64,000 bases of DNA from an uncultured Candidatus Rokubacteria bacterium (lineage in GTDB: Bacteria > Methylomirabilota > Methylomirabilia > Rokubacteriales > CSP1-6). Within the stretch, counting starts at the first letter, position 1. Every line of letters begins with the position of its first letter. The translations under genes and the position numbers were made by a program. Where the stretch lies: NCBI GenBank assembly GCA_963747235.1, contig CAVVEU010000024.1, positions 192,001 through 256,000 on the forward strand, given 5' to 3'. This document shows, in pieces, positions 1-10,650 of this stretch. Below the pieces are notes generated by a model. That model had not been told where the DNA came from and did not search any database. It was given only the letters and a program-made list of their open reading frames with translations.

Positions 1-1154
1 CCGCGTGGGCCCGCAGCCAGGGGGCCGAGTTCAGCGACTATGGCGGCTACGGCATCGCGGCCCGCATCGGACTGATCGCCTACAGCGTCTGCTTCTATCC
101 GCTGAAGCTCGTGTGGCCGGCCGATCTGTCCCCGCTCTACGAGGTGCCCGCCCAGGTGAGCCTCGTGGATGCGCGGTTCCTGATCCCGCTGCTTGCCCTG
201 CTCGCGGTGACCGGCGTCCTGCTCGCGCTCCGGCGCCGCGCGCCGGGCGCGCTGGCCGCGTGGGCGCACGCGGCCGCCTTCGTCGCGCCGGTCAGCGGAG
301 TCGTGCACTCGGGCATCCAGATGGTCGCGGACCGCTACAGCTATCTCGCCCAGGTCGGATTCCTCGTCCTGGCCGGCTACGGGCTCGTGCGCCTGCTCGA
401 GCTCCACCGGGCGGGCCGGGTGCGGCGCGCCGCCATGGCGCTGGCGGGCGGCGGGATCGTGCTGATGCTCGGCGCGCTCGCGGCGTTGACGTGGAGCCAG
501 AGCCACGTGTGGCGAGATCCCGAGACGCTCTGGCGATGGGCGGTGGAGGTCGATCCGCTCTGCTCCCGCTGCCATAACAACCTGGGCGTGGCCCTCATGC
601 ACCATCGTCCGGACCCGCAAGGCCTGGGCGAGGCGGAGGAGCATCTCCGCCGGGCGGTGGCGCTCCGGCCCACGTACGCCCTGAGCCACCTCAACCTCGG
701 CTCGGTCGCGCTGCTCCGCGGCCGTTACGTCGAGGCGGAGGGCGCCTTGCGGAGCTACGTGGCGCGGCAGCCGGATGCTCCGGACGGCGCCGAGCGGCTC
801 GCCGTGCTCTATCTCGTTCAGGGACGATCCGACGAGGCGCTCCCGCTCCTGCGCCGGGCCCGCGGCATCCCCCGGTCCGACGGCGCTCGGGCCGACCTCG
901 CCACCGCGGTGGAGCTGATCCGCGATGGGGAGACCCTGCGCTTCCTCGGCCAGGCCTTGCTCGAACAGGGCCGCGCGGCCGACGCGATCGTCCCGCTCGC
1001 GCGCGCGGTGCAGCTTCATCCCTCGGCGCCCCGCTTCCGCTTCTGGCTCGCGCACGCGTACCGTGGGGCGGGACAGACGGCGCTGGCCGAGGGCGAGTTC
1101 GCGGCGCTACGCCGGCTGGATCCGAAGGCGGCCGCGCCGACCGTGGTCCACTAG
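1..1154 (+). CDS. TMTC-like membrane glycosyltransferase (GT-C) with C-terminal TPRs, copy 1 (5' truncated)
   Basis: LSPLYE, ADRYSYL and WRDPETLW motifs, CSRCHNNLG and TPR repeats; homologous to six other copies in the window. Confidence 0.8.
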   Translation, partial: AWARSQGAEFSDYGGYGIAARIGLIAYSVCFYPLKLVWPADLSPLYEVPAQVSLVDARFLIPLLALLAVTGVLLALRRRAPGALAAWAHAAAFVAPVSGVVHSGIQMVADRYSYLAQVGFLVLAGYGLVRLLELHRAGRVRRAAMALAGGGIVLMLGALAALTWSQSHVWRDPETLWRWAVEVDPLCSRCHNNLGVALMHHRPDPQGLGEAEEHLRRAVALRPTYALSHLNLGSVALLRGRYVEAEGALRSYVARQPDAPDGAERLAVLYLVQGRSDEALPLLRRARGIPRSDGARADLATAVELIRDGETLRFLGQALLEQGRAADAIVPLARAVQLHPSAPRFRFWLAHAYRGAGQTALAEGEFAALRRLDPKAAAPTVVH

Positions 1155-1180
1155 GCCGATCCCGCCGACCGCGCGGGGCT

Positions 1181-1621
1181 TCAGCCGGTCACGTGCTGCC
1201 GGAACGCGTCGAGCGCGGCGGTGCCGACCGCCGTGTCCTGCTCACCGGTGCCCCCGCTGATGCCGATGCCGCCGACCACGTCGCCGTCCACCTCGATGGG
1301 GAAGCCGCCCACGAAGACCGCGAAGCGGCCGGGATGCATGGCGTGGATGCCGAAGGCCTCGTTGCCGGGCAGGGCGGGTCCGGCCGGCGGCTGATTGAAC
1401 GTGTGCGTCGCGCGCCGGTGCCCGGCGGCGGTGAAGGCCTTGGCGATCGCGATCTCCACGCCGGTGATGCGCGCGCCGGTCATGCGGTGGAGCGCGATCG
1501 GGTGGCCGCCGTCGTCGCAGACGCAGATCGTCTCGGTGACGCCGATCTCGCGCGCCTTCGCCTCGGCGGCGGCCAGCAGCACGAGCGCGTCCTCCAGGGT
1601 GAGCCGCTTGACCGTGATCAC
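1181..1621 (-). CDS. GlcG/HbpS family heme-binding protein
   Basis: VCDDGG..LHRM..A..KAFTA..GGFPI..DVVGGIGISGG..EQD; GTG start overlaps the Rieske stop (GTGA). Confidence 0.85.
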   Translation of the reverse strand: MITVKRLTLEDALVLLAAAEAKAREIGVTETICVCDDGGHPIALHRMTGARITGVEIAIAKAFTAAGHRRATHTFNQPPAGPALPGNEAFGIHAMHPGRFAVFVGGFPIEVDGDVVGGIGISGGTGEQDTAVGTAALDAFRQHVTG

Positions 1622-1929
1622 GGCAGCTCCACGAAGATCGCGCCCTCGTCCACGCGCACCGGATAGACCGGCACGCTCGCGCCCCGGCCCGGGAAGAGGC
1701 ACTGGCCGGTGCGCACGTCGTACATCCAGCCGTGCCACGGGCAGGCCAGCCGGCTCCCGTTGAGCTTGCCCTGGCTCAGCGGGCCGCCGCGATGGGAGCA
1801 GACGTCGCCGCACGCGTAGACCGCGTCGCCGATCCGGGCGAGCACGATCCGGGTGCCGTCGAGCTCCACGAGCTTGAGCTGCCCGGCCGGCACCTCGTCC
1901 AGCGAGGCGACGTGCCGGGGCCCGCTCAC
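1618..1929 (-). CDS. Rieske [2Fe-2S] ferredoxin
   Basis: CSH...CPWH ligands in a ~103 aa protein. Confidence 0.9.
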   Translation of the reverse strand: MSGPRHVASLDEVPAGQLKLVELDGTRIVLARIGDAVYACGDVCSHRGGPLSQGKLNGSRLACPWHGWMYDVRTGQCLFPGRGASVPVYPVRVDEGAIFVELP

Positions 1930-2609
1930 GCGTCTTCCTTGAGGACGAAGGCGCGATGGAGCCCGGTCATGTACTGCCAGCGCATCTCGGTCGCCTCGCG
2001 CACGGCCTCCGCGGCGTCGCGCTGCTTCTCGGGGGTCGTGCTGTGGCGCTCCACGATCTGGTAGCCCCGCTCGCCGTGGATCTCGTCGGCCTCGATGTGG
2101 ATCGCGAAGAACTCCACCTCGTGGTCGGTGAAGCCGTAGTGGGTCTTGAGCGGCGGCAGGTTGCGCTTGTAGATGCCCGGCACCTGCGACTCGAGCCCCA
2201 CCAGCAGCCCGGCCGCCGCCACGTGGAAGGGCTTGCGCGCCGTCTCGTAGCACCACGCGGTCAGGCCGCGGGTGCTCGGGAGCTGCCGCGTGCTCTCGAC
2301 CTCGGTCCGGCTCACCCCGCACGCCTCGCCGAAGCGGATGAGGAGATCGACGTGTTTCGTGCCGGACTCCTCCTCGATGATGTTCTCGAGCAGGAAGTCA
2401 CAGGCGTCCGGATCCGGGCAGCCCCCGTACACCAGCGCGCACCAGCGCGAGAACTGCGAGACGTACTGGTAGTGCTGGCACACCCACTGGCCGAGCTGGG
2501 CCCGGGTCAGCTCGCCGTTGACCCACTTCTCGGTGAACGGATTCATCCGGCTGTGCCGGGCGTTGACCGCCTGCTCGAGCTGGGTGCGGAACGGGCTCAT
2601 GGTCGTCAT
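1926..2609 (-). CDS. Heme-oxygenase-like diiron protein (CADD/PqqC/TenA superfamily)
   Basis: [12 protein letters not shown] and HIEADEIH metal-ligand pattern; [13 protein letters not shown]-terminal motif. Confidence 0.8.
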   Translation of the reverse strand: MTTMSPFRTQLEQAVNARHSRMNPFTEKWVNGELTRAQLGQWVCQHYQYVSQFSRWCALVYGGCPDPDACDFLLENIIEEESGTKHVDLLIRFGEACGVSRTEVESTRQLPSTRGLTAWCYETARKPFHVAAAGLLVGLESQVPGIYKRNLPPLKTHYGFTDHEVEFFAIHIEADEIHGERGYQIVERHSTTPEKQRDAAEAVREATEMRWQYMTGLHRAFVLKEDA

Positions 2610-2635
2610 GGCGTGCCTCCGTGCGTGAGATCGCG

Positions 2636-3138
2636 CTACGTGCGCGGATCGGTCTGGCCAGCAGGGCCTGCGTCTGCGCGTCCCGGTACTTCCGGAGCGC
2701 GGCGCGGATGTGGGGATGCTTGTTGGCCAGGATGGCGGCGGCGAGCAGCCCCGCGTTGGTGGCCCCCGCGTTGCCGATCGCCAGCGTGCCGACCGGGATG
2801 CCCGCCGGCATCTGCACGGTGGACAGCAGCGAGTCCATCCCGTTGAGCGCCTTGGACTGGATCGGCACGCCGAGGACCGGCAGCAGGGTCCGCGCCGCGC
2901 TCACTCCGGCCAGATGGGCGGCTCCGCCGGCTCCCGCGATGATGACCTCGAGGCCGCGCTCCTCGGCGCCGCTCACGTACTCGTCCACGAGCGCGGGCGT
3001 GCGGTGGGCGGACATCACGTTGACCTCGTAGGGGATGCCGAGGGCGTCGAGGGCCTTGGCCGCGTTCAGCATGGTGTCCCAGTCGGACTTCGAGCCCATG
3101 AGGATGCCGACGAGCGGCGCGGCGGAGCCGGGTGCCAT
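2636..3138 (-). CDS. purE: N5-CAIR mutase / AIR carboxylase PurE (indel near the C-terminus)
   Basis: [35 protein letters not shown]. Confidence 0.93.
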
Positions 3139-3207
3139 GGCGGCCCATTCTAGCAAGGCCTCAGGGCGTCGAACAGCGGCCCGCTGGCGGGCCGCCACGG
3201 GCCCCCT

Positions 3208-3223
3208 TGGCATGGCCGATGCA
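3208..3223 (+). promoter_or_regulatory. sigma54 (-24/-12) promoter of the sugar operon
   Basis: TGGCATGGCCGATGCA = GG-N10-GC, ~200 nt upstream of E1 alpha. Confidence 0.6.
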
Positions 3224-3424
3224 AGTTATGCGTGCTTACCGACGTCCGTCGAGGATCAGCTCCAGTACGACCGGCAGCCAAGAGTTCTTATAACCATATG
3301 AATAACAAGTACTAAATACTCCATAGCGCATCGCGTCGGCGTCGCCCATCGGCCCCCGAGCAGGTAGCCGGTTGGTGACCAAGAGCGTCGTCGCCGAGAC
3401 GCTCCTCGTAGCTAGGTGGGGGCG

Positions 3425-4386
3425 ATGACGGCCGCTTCGCGAGTGGACCTGCTACGCAGCATGCTCCGCATCCGCCGCGTCGAGGAGACGCTCGCGGATC
3501 TCTACCCGTCGCAGGAGATGCGGACGCCGACGCACTTCTCGATCGGCCAGGAGGCGGTCGCGGTCGGCGTGTGCGCCGCGCTCCGCCGCGACGACATCGT
3601 CTACAGCGGCCACCGCTGTCACGCCCACTACCTGGCCAAGGGGGGCGACCTCGCCGGCATGGTGGCCGAGCTCTACGGACGCGAGACGGGTTGCGCGCGA
3701 GGACGTGGCGGCTCCGTCCATCTCAACGATCCCGACGCCGGGATCATCGCGTCCTCCGCGATCCTCGGCCAGACCATGGCGGTCGCGGTGGGAACCGCGC
3801 TCGCCTTCGCGATGGACGGCCGGGATCAGGTCGCGGTCAGCTTCTTCGGCGACGGGACCGTGGAGGAGGGCATCTTCCACGAGACACTGAACTTCGCGGT
3901 GATGCGGCGCGCCCCGGTGCTCTTCGTGTGCGAGAACAACGGCTTCTCGACCCACACACGGCTCGAGGTTCGCCAGCCGGTGACGGTGCCGATCCACGCG
4001 CGGGCCGCCTCGTACGGCATGCCCGCGCGCCTGGTGGACGGCAACGACGTCTTCGCGGTCTACGCCGCGGCCCGCGAAGCGGTCGCGCATCCCGGCGCGG
4101 CGCCGGGCCGTTCTTCCTCGAGTGCACCACCTACCGGTGGCGCGAGCACGTCGGCCCGCTGTGGGACTACGACAAGGGATATCGGACGAAGGCCGAGGTC
4201 GATGCGTGGATCGCCCGCTGCCCCATCCGACACGCGTCCGAGCGGCTCTTGGGCGACGGGGTGTGCACGCCGGACGAGATCGCAGGCGATGAAGCGGGCA
4301 AGCCAGGACGAGGTGGACGCGGCGGTCGTCGCGGCGCGCGCGCTCCTTCCCCGACGGTCGAGGACCTGACCACCGGCACCTACTGA
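3425..4386 (+). CDS. TPP-dependent dehydrogenase E1 alpha-like subunit (frameshifted)
   Basis: HFSIGQEA, SGHRCH, GRGGSVH, GDG..EEG..ENN TPP motif, YRWREHVG. Confidence 0.88.
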
Positions 4387-4393
4387 GGACGCC

Positions 4394-5431
4394 ATGAGAG
4401 CGACTCGACCTACGTGGGAGGCCATCAGCGAAGCGACCGTCCAGTGCATGGAAGCGGACCCGGCATCTTCGTGACCGGGATCGGCGTCGACGACTTCAAG
4501 GGGATCTTCGGCACGACCGCGGAGGCCTACCGTCGGTTCGGCCCCGCGCGCGTCTTCGACATCCCGAACGGCGAGAACGCGATGACCGGCATCGCCATCG
4601 GCGCTGCGGCGGTCGGCAAGCGTCCGGTCGTCGTGCATCCGCGCAACGACTTCATGTTCCTGTGCATGGACCAGCTCTTCAACCTGGCCGCCAAGTGGCG
4701 GTACATGTTCGGCAACCGGGGCGGCGTGCCGGTGGTGTTCCGCGGCATCGTGGGCCGCGGATGGGGGCAGGGCGCGACGCATTCCCAGAGCCTGCAGGCG
4801 GTGTTCGCGCACTTCCCGGGACTCTACGTGGCCTTCCCGCGTCCCCCGCCGACGCGAAGGGCTTGCTGGTCAGCGCGCTCCAGGGCACCGGCCCGGTGGT
4901 GCTGCTCGAGAATCGCGCGCTCTACGAGCTCGAGGGCGAGGTGCCGGAGGAACCCGTGGCGGTGCCGTTCGGGAAGGGCAAGGTCGTGCGGCCCGGGACC
5001 GACGTCACGATCGTCGGCGTCTCGCTCATGGCCTACGAGGCGGTGCGGGCTGCCGAGATCCTGGCCGAGCAGGGCGTCGACGCCGAGGTGATCGATCTGC
5101 GCAGCGTCGCGGCCGCTCGACGAGGAGATGATCCTGCGATCGCTTCGGAAGACGGGGCGCCTGGTGGTGGCCGACACGAGCTGGGCTCTCTGCGGCGTCT
5201 CCGCCGAGGTCGCCGCGATCGCGGCCGAGAAGGGTTGGGACCATCTCAAGGCGCCGGTGCGTCGTGTCACGCCGCCCGATTGCCCGGCGCCGGTCTCGCA
5301 CCCGCTCGAAGACGCGTTCCATCCCAACCCGCTGACCATCGCGCAGGCGTGCCTCGACGTGCTGAGGACGGGGACGCCGATCGGGACGCGGCGTCACCGA
5401 CGTCCAGGCCACCTTCGCCGGACCATACTGA
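4394..5431 (+). CDS. TPP-dependent dehydrogenase E1 beta-like subunit (frameshifted)
   Basis: RVFDIPNGEN, GRGWGQGATHSQ, PVVLLENR, EVIDLRS, KTGRLVVAD spread over several frames. Confidence 0.85.
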
Positions 5432-5432
5432 G

Positions 5433-6160
5433 CTGACGCACCGCCGTCGCGTCAGCGTGTTCGTGCCTGCGTACAACGAGGCGGAGAATCTCGAGCGCGC
5501 GGTCGCGACATCGTCTGGGCCGCGGAGCAGGTGCTCGCGAGTACGAGATCCTGATCGTCGACGACGGCAGCCGCGACGCGACGGGACAGCTCGCCGACCG
5601 CCTCGCCGAGGAGAACGCTCGGATCCGGGCCGTCCACCAGCCTCGGAATCTGGGCATCGCGGCGGCCTACGAGCGCGCGCTCGACGAGGCGAAGCTCGAC
5701 TACTTCAGCTTCCTCGCCGCGCGACGGGGAGATCGCTCGCGACTCCATCCGCGACATCTTCGCGGCCGTCGGGCCGGCTGACATCGTGGCGCCCGTACCA
5801 CCAGAACCCGCGGGCGCGCCAGCTCCACCGCCGCTTGCTGACCTGGACGTCGACCCGCTCGTCAACGTGCTCTTCGGCCTTCGCATGCAATACTACCAGG
5901 GCCCCTGCATCTATCCGATCGCGCTCGCGCGCAGTCCTGCCGAAGACCGCGGGCGGCTTCTACTTCCTCACCGAGATGCTCGTCCACGCGCTACACGCCG
6001 GCTATAGCTACGTCGAGGTCGGGCCTCACCCACCTGGACCGCTCCCACGGCCGATCCAAGGCCGTGTCCGCCCGGAATATCCTGAAGGCGCTGCGGGCGA
6101 TCGCGCAGCCGTGGTGGTCGATCCACGTGCGGCACGGGCTCCGTCGCGCGGAGGTCCTGA
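5433..6160 (+). CDS. GT2 polyprenyl-phosphate glycosyltransferase (DPM1/ArnC/GtrB-like; frameshifted, start uncertain)
   Basis: VSVFVPAYNEAENL, EILIVDDGSRD, PRNLG, FLTEMLV. Confidence 0.75.
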
Positions 6161-6161
6161 C

Positions 6162-7178
6162 ATGGCGAGGACATCGTCCGACGGTGCTCGTCACTGGCGG
6201 CGGTGGCTACGTCGGAGCCGTGCTGGTCCCGAAGCTCCTGGCCGCCGGTTATCGGGTTCGGGTCGTCGATCTCTTTCTCTTCGGCGCCGACGTGCTGCCC
6301 GAGGACCCGGCCCTCGAGCTCGGTGAAGGCGGACATCCGGGACCGGGCGCTCCTCGAACGCCAGATGCGGGGGTCGATGCCGTCATCCACCTCGCGTGCA
6401 TCTCGAACGACCCGAGCTTCGAGCTCAATCCGACGCTCAGCCGGTCGATCAACTACGACTGCTTCGAGCCCCTCGTCGACGTCGCCCGGCGCGCCGGAGT
6501 CGCGCCGCTTCATCTACGCGTCCACATCGAGCGTGTACGGCGTCAGCGACGCCCCCGACGTGACCGAGGACCATCCGCTCGTGCCGCTGACCGACTACAA
6601 CAAGTACAAGGGCATGTGCGAGCCGATCCTGCTCCGGTATCAGGCGCCCGACTTCACGACGGTCATCATCCGGCCGGCCACGGTCTGCGGGTACTCGCCG
6701 CGGCTCCGGCTCGATCTGACGGTCAACATCCTCACCAACCTCGCGGTCAACAAGCGGCGCATCACGATCTTCGGCGGGCGCCAGAAGCGCCCCAACATCC
6801 ACATCGAGGACATCACGATCTCTACGTCGAGCTGCTCGACATGCCGGACGAGCATGATCGCGGGGCAGACCTTCAACGCCGCCTACCAGAACCACACGGT
6901 CGCCGAGCTCGGCGAGATGGTGCGAGACGATCGTGAGCGCGGGAGATGCCCGAGCTGGGCCCGATCGCGGCTCGAGACGGCGCCGAGCAACGACACTGCG
7001 CTCGTATCACGTCTCGTCCGAGAAGATCAAGCGCGAGCTCGGCTGGTCGCCCGAGCGCACCATCGAGGACGCGGTCGATCGACCTGTGTCGCGCCTTCCG
7101 GGCCGGGCGGATCCCGACCCGCTCGACGACATCCGCTACTACAACGTCAAGACGATTCAGGCGTCGGGCCTGGCCTGA
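6162..7178 (+). CDS. NAD-dependent epimerase/dehydratase (extended SDR) 1 (frameshifted)
   Basis: VLVTGGGGYVG, IHLACISNDPS, YNKYK, RPATVCGYSPRLRLD. Confidence 0.85.
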
Positions 7179-7181
7179 GCG

Positions 7182-8180
7182 ATGCCGCGCGCCGTCGTCA
7201 CCGGCGGAGCGGGCTTCATCGGCAGCCACATGGTCGATCTGCTGGTCGACCGAGGGCTATTCAGGTCGTCGTGATCGACAACCTGGTCACCGGGCCGACG
7301 CGAGAATCTCGCGCAGCACGCGGCGCGATCCGCGCGTCGAGCTTCGCACCGTGGACATGTGCGCGCTGGCGCCGGACGACGCCGCTGTTCCGCGACGCCG
7401 ACTATGTGTTCCACTTCGGCGGCATCGGCGACATCGTGCCGTCGATCGAGCGGCCGCTCGACTACATGCGGGCCAACGTCGACGGCACGCTCGCGGTGCT
7501 CGAGGCCGCGCGGCGCGCCGGGCGTGCGCAAGTTCGTCTACGCGGCCTCGTCGTCGTGCTACGGGCTCGCCACCGAGCTGCCGACCACGGAGGAGGCCGC
7601 CGATCCGGCCCGAGTATCCGTACGCGCTCAGCAAGTACCTCGGCGAGAGCGCGGCGCTGCACTGGGCCCAGGTGTACCGGCTGCCCGTGATCTCGATCCG
7701 CATGTTCAACGTCTACGGTCCACGCGTGCGCACCACCGGCGCCTACGGCGCGGTGTTCGGCGTGTTCCTCGCGCAGAAGCTCCACGGCAAGCCGTTCACC
7801 GTCGTCGGAGACGGCACCCAGCCGCGGGACTTCGTGTTCGTGACCGACGTGGCGCGGGCGTTCCTGCTGGCCGCGGAGTCCGCCGAGACGGCGAGGTCTT
7901 CAACCTCGGGCGCGGGCGACCCGCAGACCGTCAACCGGCTCGTGGAGCTGATCGGCGGCGACGTGGTGCACCTGCCGAAGCGCCCGGGCGAGCCGGACTG
8001 CACGTGGGCCGACATCGGCAAGATCCAGCGGCGCGCTCGGCTGGGAGCCCGAGGTGTCGTTCGAGCAGGGCGTCGCGGCGATGCTCGGCCAGATCGAGGA
8101 CTGGCGGGCGGCGCCGCTGTGGACGCCCGAGAACGATCGAGGCGGCGACCCACACGTGGTTCGAGCACCTGGCGCGATGA
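7182..8180 (+). CDS. NAD-dependent epimerase/dehydratase (extended SDR) 2 (frameshifted)
   Basis: VVTGGAGFIGSH, ASSSCYG, PYALSK, RMFNVYGPR, GDGTQxRDF. Confidence 0.87.
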
Positions 8181-9736
8181 AGGCCGACTACCGGCAGAAG
8201 ATGAAGACGCTCGAGGAGCTGGCGCGCGGCCATCGGCCCGCGGCCCCGCGCACGAAGACGCGTCATCATGTGCCACGGGATGTTCGACATCGTCCATCCG
8301 GGACATCTGCGGCACCTGATGTACGCCAAGGAGAAGGCGGACTCCTGATCGCGAGCCTCACCGCCGACGAGCACGTCACCAAGGCGGCCTTCCGGCCGTA
8401 CGTGCCCGCAGGAGCTGCGCGCGGCCAACCTCGCCGCGCTCGAGATGGTCGACTACGTGATCATCGACCCGAACCCGACGCCGATCGCAGCACATCAAGT
8501 ACCTGCAGCCCGACTACTTCGCCAAGGGCTACGAGTACTTCTCCGAGGGCGTGCCCGCCAAGACGCAGGAGGAGATCGACACGCTGGAAAGCTACGGCGG
8601 CGAGATCGTGTTCACGCCCGGCGACGTCGTCTACTCCTCGTCGCGCGCTGATCGAGGCGGCCCCGCCGAAGCTCGGCGTCGAGAAGCTGCTGGCCCTGAT
8701 GGAGTCGGAGGGCTTCGGGTTCGATCGATCTTCGCGAGACGCTCTCCGGCAGATGCGACGGGTCTGCGGGTGCACGTGGTCGGCGACACGATCGTGGACA
8801 CCTATAGCTACTGCTCGCTGCTCGGGCGCCACCGCGAAGTCGCCGACCTTCAGCGTCAAGCACGAGCGGACCGAGGTGTTCGCGGGCGGCGCCGCGGTGG
8901 TAGCCAAGCACGTGAAGGCGGCGGGCGCCGACGTCTCCTTCTCGACCGTCCTCGGCAACGACGCGGCCAAGGACTTCGTGCTGAAGGATCTGGACGAGGC
9001 CGGGGTCGTGGTGCACGCCTTCGTCGATCGGACCCGGCCGACCACCCAGAAGGAGCGGTTCATCGCGGACGGCTACAAGATGCTCCAGGTCGACCGGGTC
9101 GACAACCGGCGCGGTCTCGGAGCAAGGCGCTGCGCGTTCCTCAGCGACTCGATGGCGGACAGCCGCGCGGACGTGGTGATCTTCAGCGACTTCCGCCACG
9201 GCATCTTCAACCGCCAAGACGCATCCGCGATCCTGCGCGAGCGCGTGCCCGGCCGGCGCGCTCAAGGTGGCGGACAGCCAGGTGTCGAACCGCTGGGGCA
9301 ATATCCTGGACTTCACCGACTTCGATCTGCTGACGCCGAACGAGCGCGAGGCGCGGTTCGCGCTCGGCGATCAGGATTCGGTGGTGCGGCCGCTCGCGCT
9401 CGCAGCTCTTCCGGCGCGCCCGGCTGCAAGCACTGATCCTGAAGCTCGGCGAGCGCGGGCGTCCTCGGCTACCGCACGCCCGGGCCCGATGCCGCGCGAG
9501 TTCTTCACGGTCGACAGCCTCGTCGAACGCCTGGAGGACCCGATCGGCGCCGGCGACGCGCTCCTCGCGCTACGCGTCGCTCTCGCTGGCCGCCACCCGG
9601 CAACATCGTCATCGCCTCGATCCTGGGCTCGGTCGCGGCCGCCCTCGCCTGCGAGCGTCAGGGCAACGTGCCGATCGCCCCGGACGAGGTGGACGAGAAG
9701 ATCAACCTGATCGAAAAGCGGGCGCACTTCGAATGA
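8177..9736 (+). CDS. Bifunctional nucleotidyltransferase / PfkB-family sugar kinase (HldE-like, reversed domain order; frameshifted)
   Basis: N-terminal FDIVHPGH (HxGH); C-terminal VVGDTIVD, FSDFRHG, TPNEREAR, DPIGAGD. Confidence 0.82.
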
Positions 9737-10650
9737 GATACGTGGTCGTCGGCCTCGGCAACATCGGCGGCAAGCGCAAGCGCGGTGCTGGGTGACCGGT
9801 GTGTGGCGACCGTCGACCCGTTCAATCCCGCCGCCGACTTCCGCCACCCGACGACTGCCCCGACAACGCGCTACGATGCGGCGGTGCTGGCCGTGCCGAA
9901 CGACGTGAAGCTCCGACTGATGGAGTTCTTCCTCGACGCGCGGCAAGCACGTGCTGGTCGAGAAGCCGCTGATCCTGGACCGCCGAGACGGCCGCGCACC
10001 TGAACGGGTGAGCCGGGCCCCGGCGCCGATCTGGTATACGTCGTACAACTTTCGGTTCGAGCCCAACGTGGTGGCCCTCAAGCGGCACCTGCGAGGCGGG
10101 CACGATCGGACGCCTCTACCGGGTGCGGATGTTCTACGGCAACGGCACGGCCGGGAACATCGCCGGTACGTGGCGGGACAGCCGGCTCGGAGTCCTCGAG
10201 GACATGGCCCGCCACCTGATCGACCTGACCGGCTTCGTGTTCGGCCGCTTCGGTGCCGAGTTTCGCGTGTGGGAGCGTCGCGGCCACGAGCTCAAGGGCT
10301 TCGACCACTGCATCCTCGCCACATCCGATCGTAGCATCGACCATCGAGTGCAGCTTCCTGTCCTGGAAGAATCGGTGGCGGATCGAGGTGCTCGGCGAGG
10401 AGGGCGCACTCGAGATGAACGGGCTCACGAAGTGGGGCAAGAGCGAGCTTCTGATCCTCCGCCGGCGCCGGCCCAGCGGCGTGCCGGACGAAAGCCGGGA
10501 GGTGGCGCACGGCCCGGATCCCACCTGGGCCGCCGACATCCGGCACTTCGAGGAGATGGTCGCGACCGGGGTGACGTCGTGCGAGAACGACCTGTGGCTG
10601 TCGCGCACGGTGCAGCGGCGGCCGCCGGCCGCCCCGAGGGCGGCTCGTGA
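9733..10650 (+). CDS. Gfo/Idh/MocA family oxidoreductase (frameshifted)
   Basis: MRYVVVGLGNIG, HVLVEKP, YNFRFEP, D..RHLID. Confidence 0.8.

Noticed and set aside
3355-3415. ops/JUMPStart element before the sugar operon
   Set aside because: Only a partial GCAGGTAGC match, too weak in a GC-rich background
3425-5431. Housekeeping pyruvate or acetoin dehydrogenase complex
   Set aside because: No E2/E3 or lipoyl-domain gene nearby, and the context is a sugar operon
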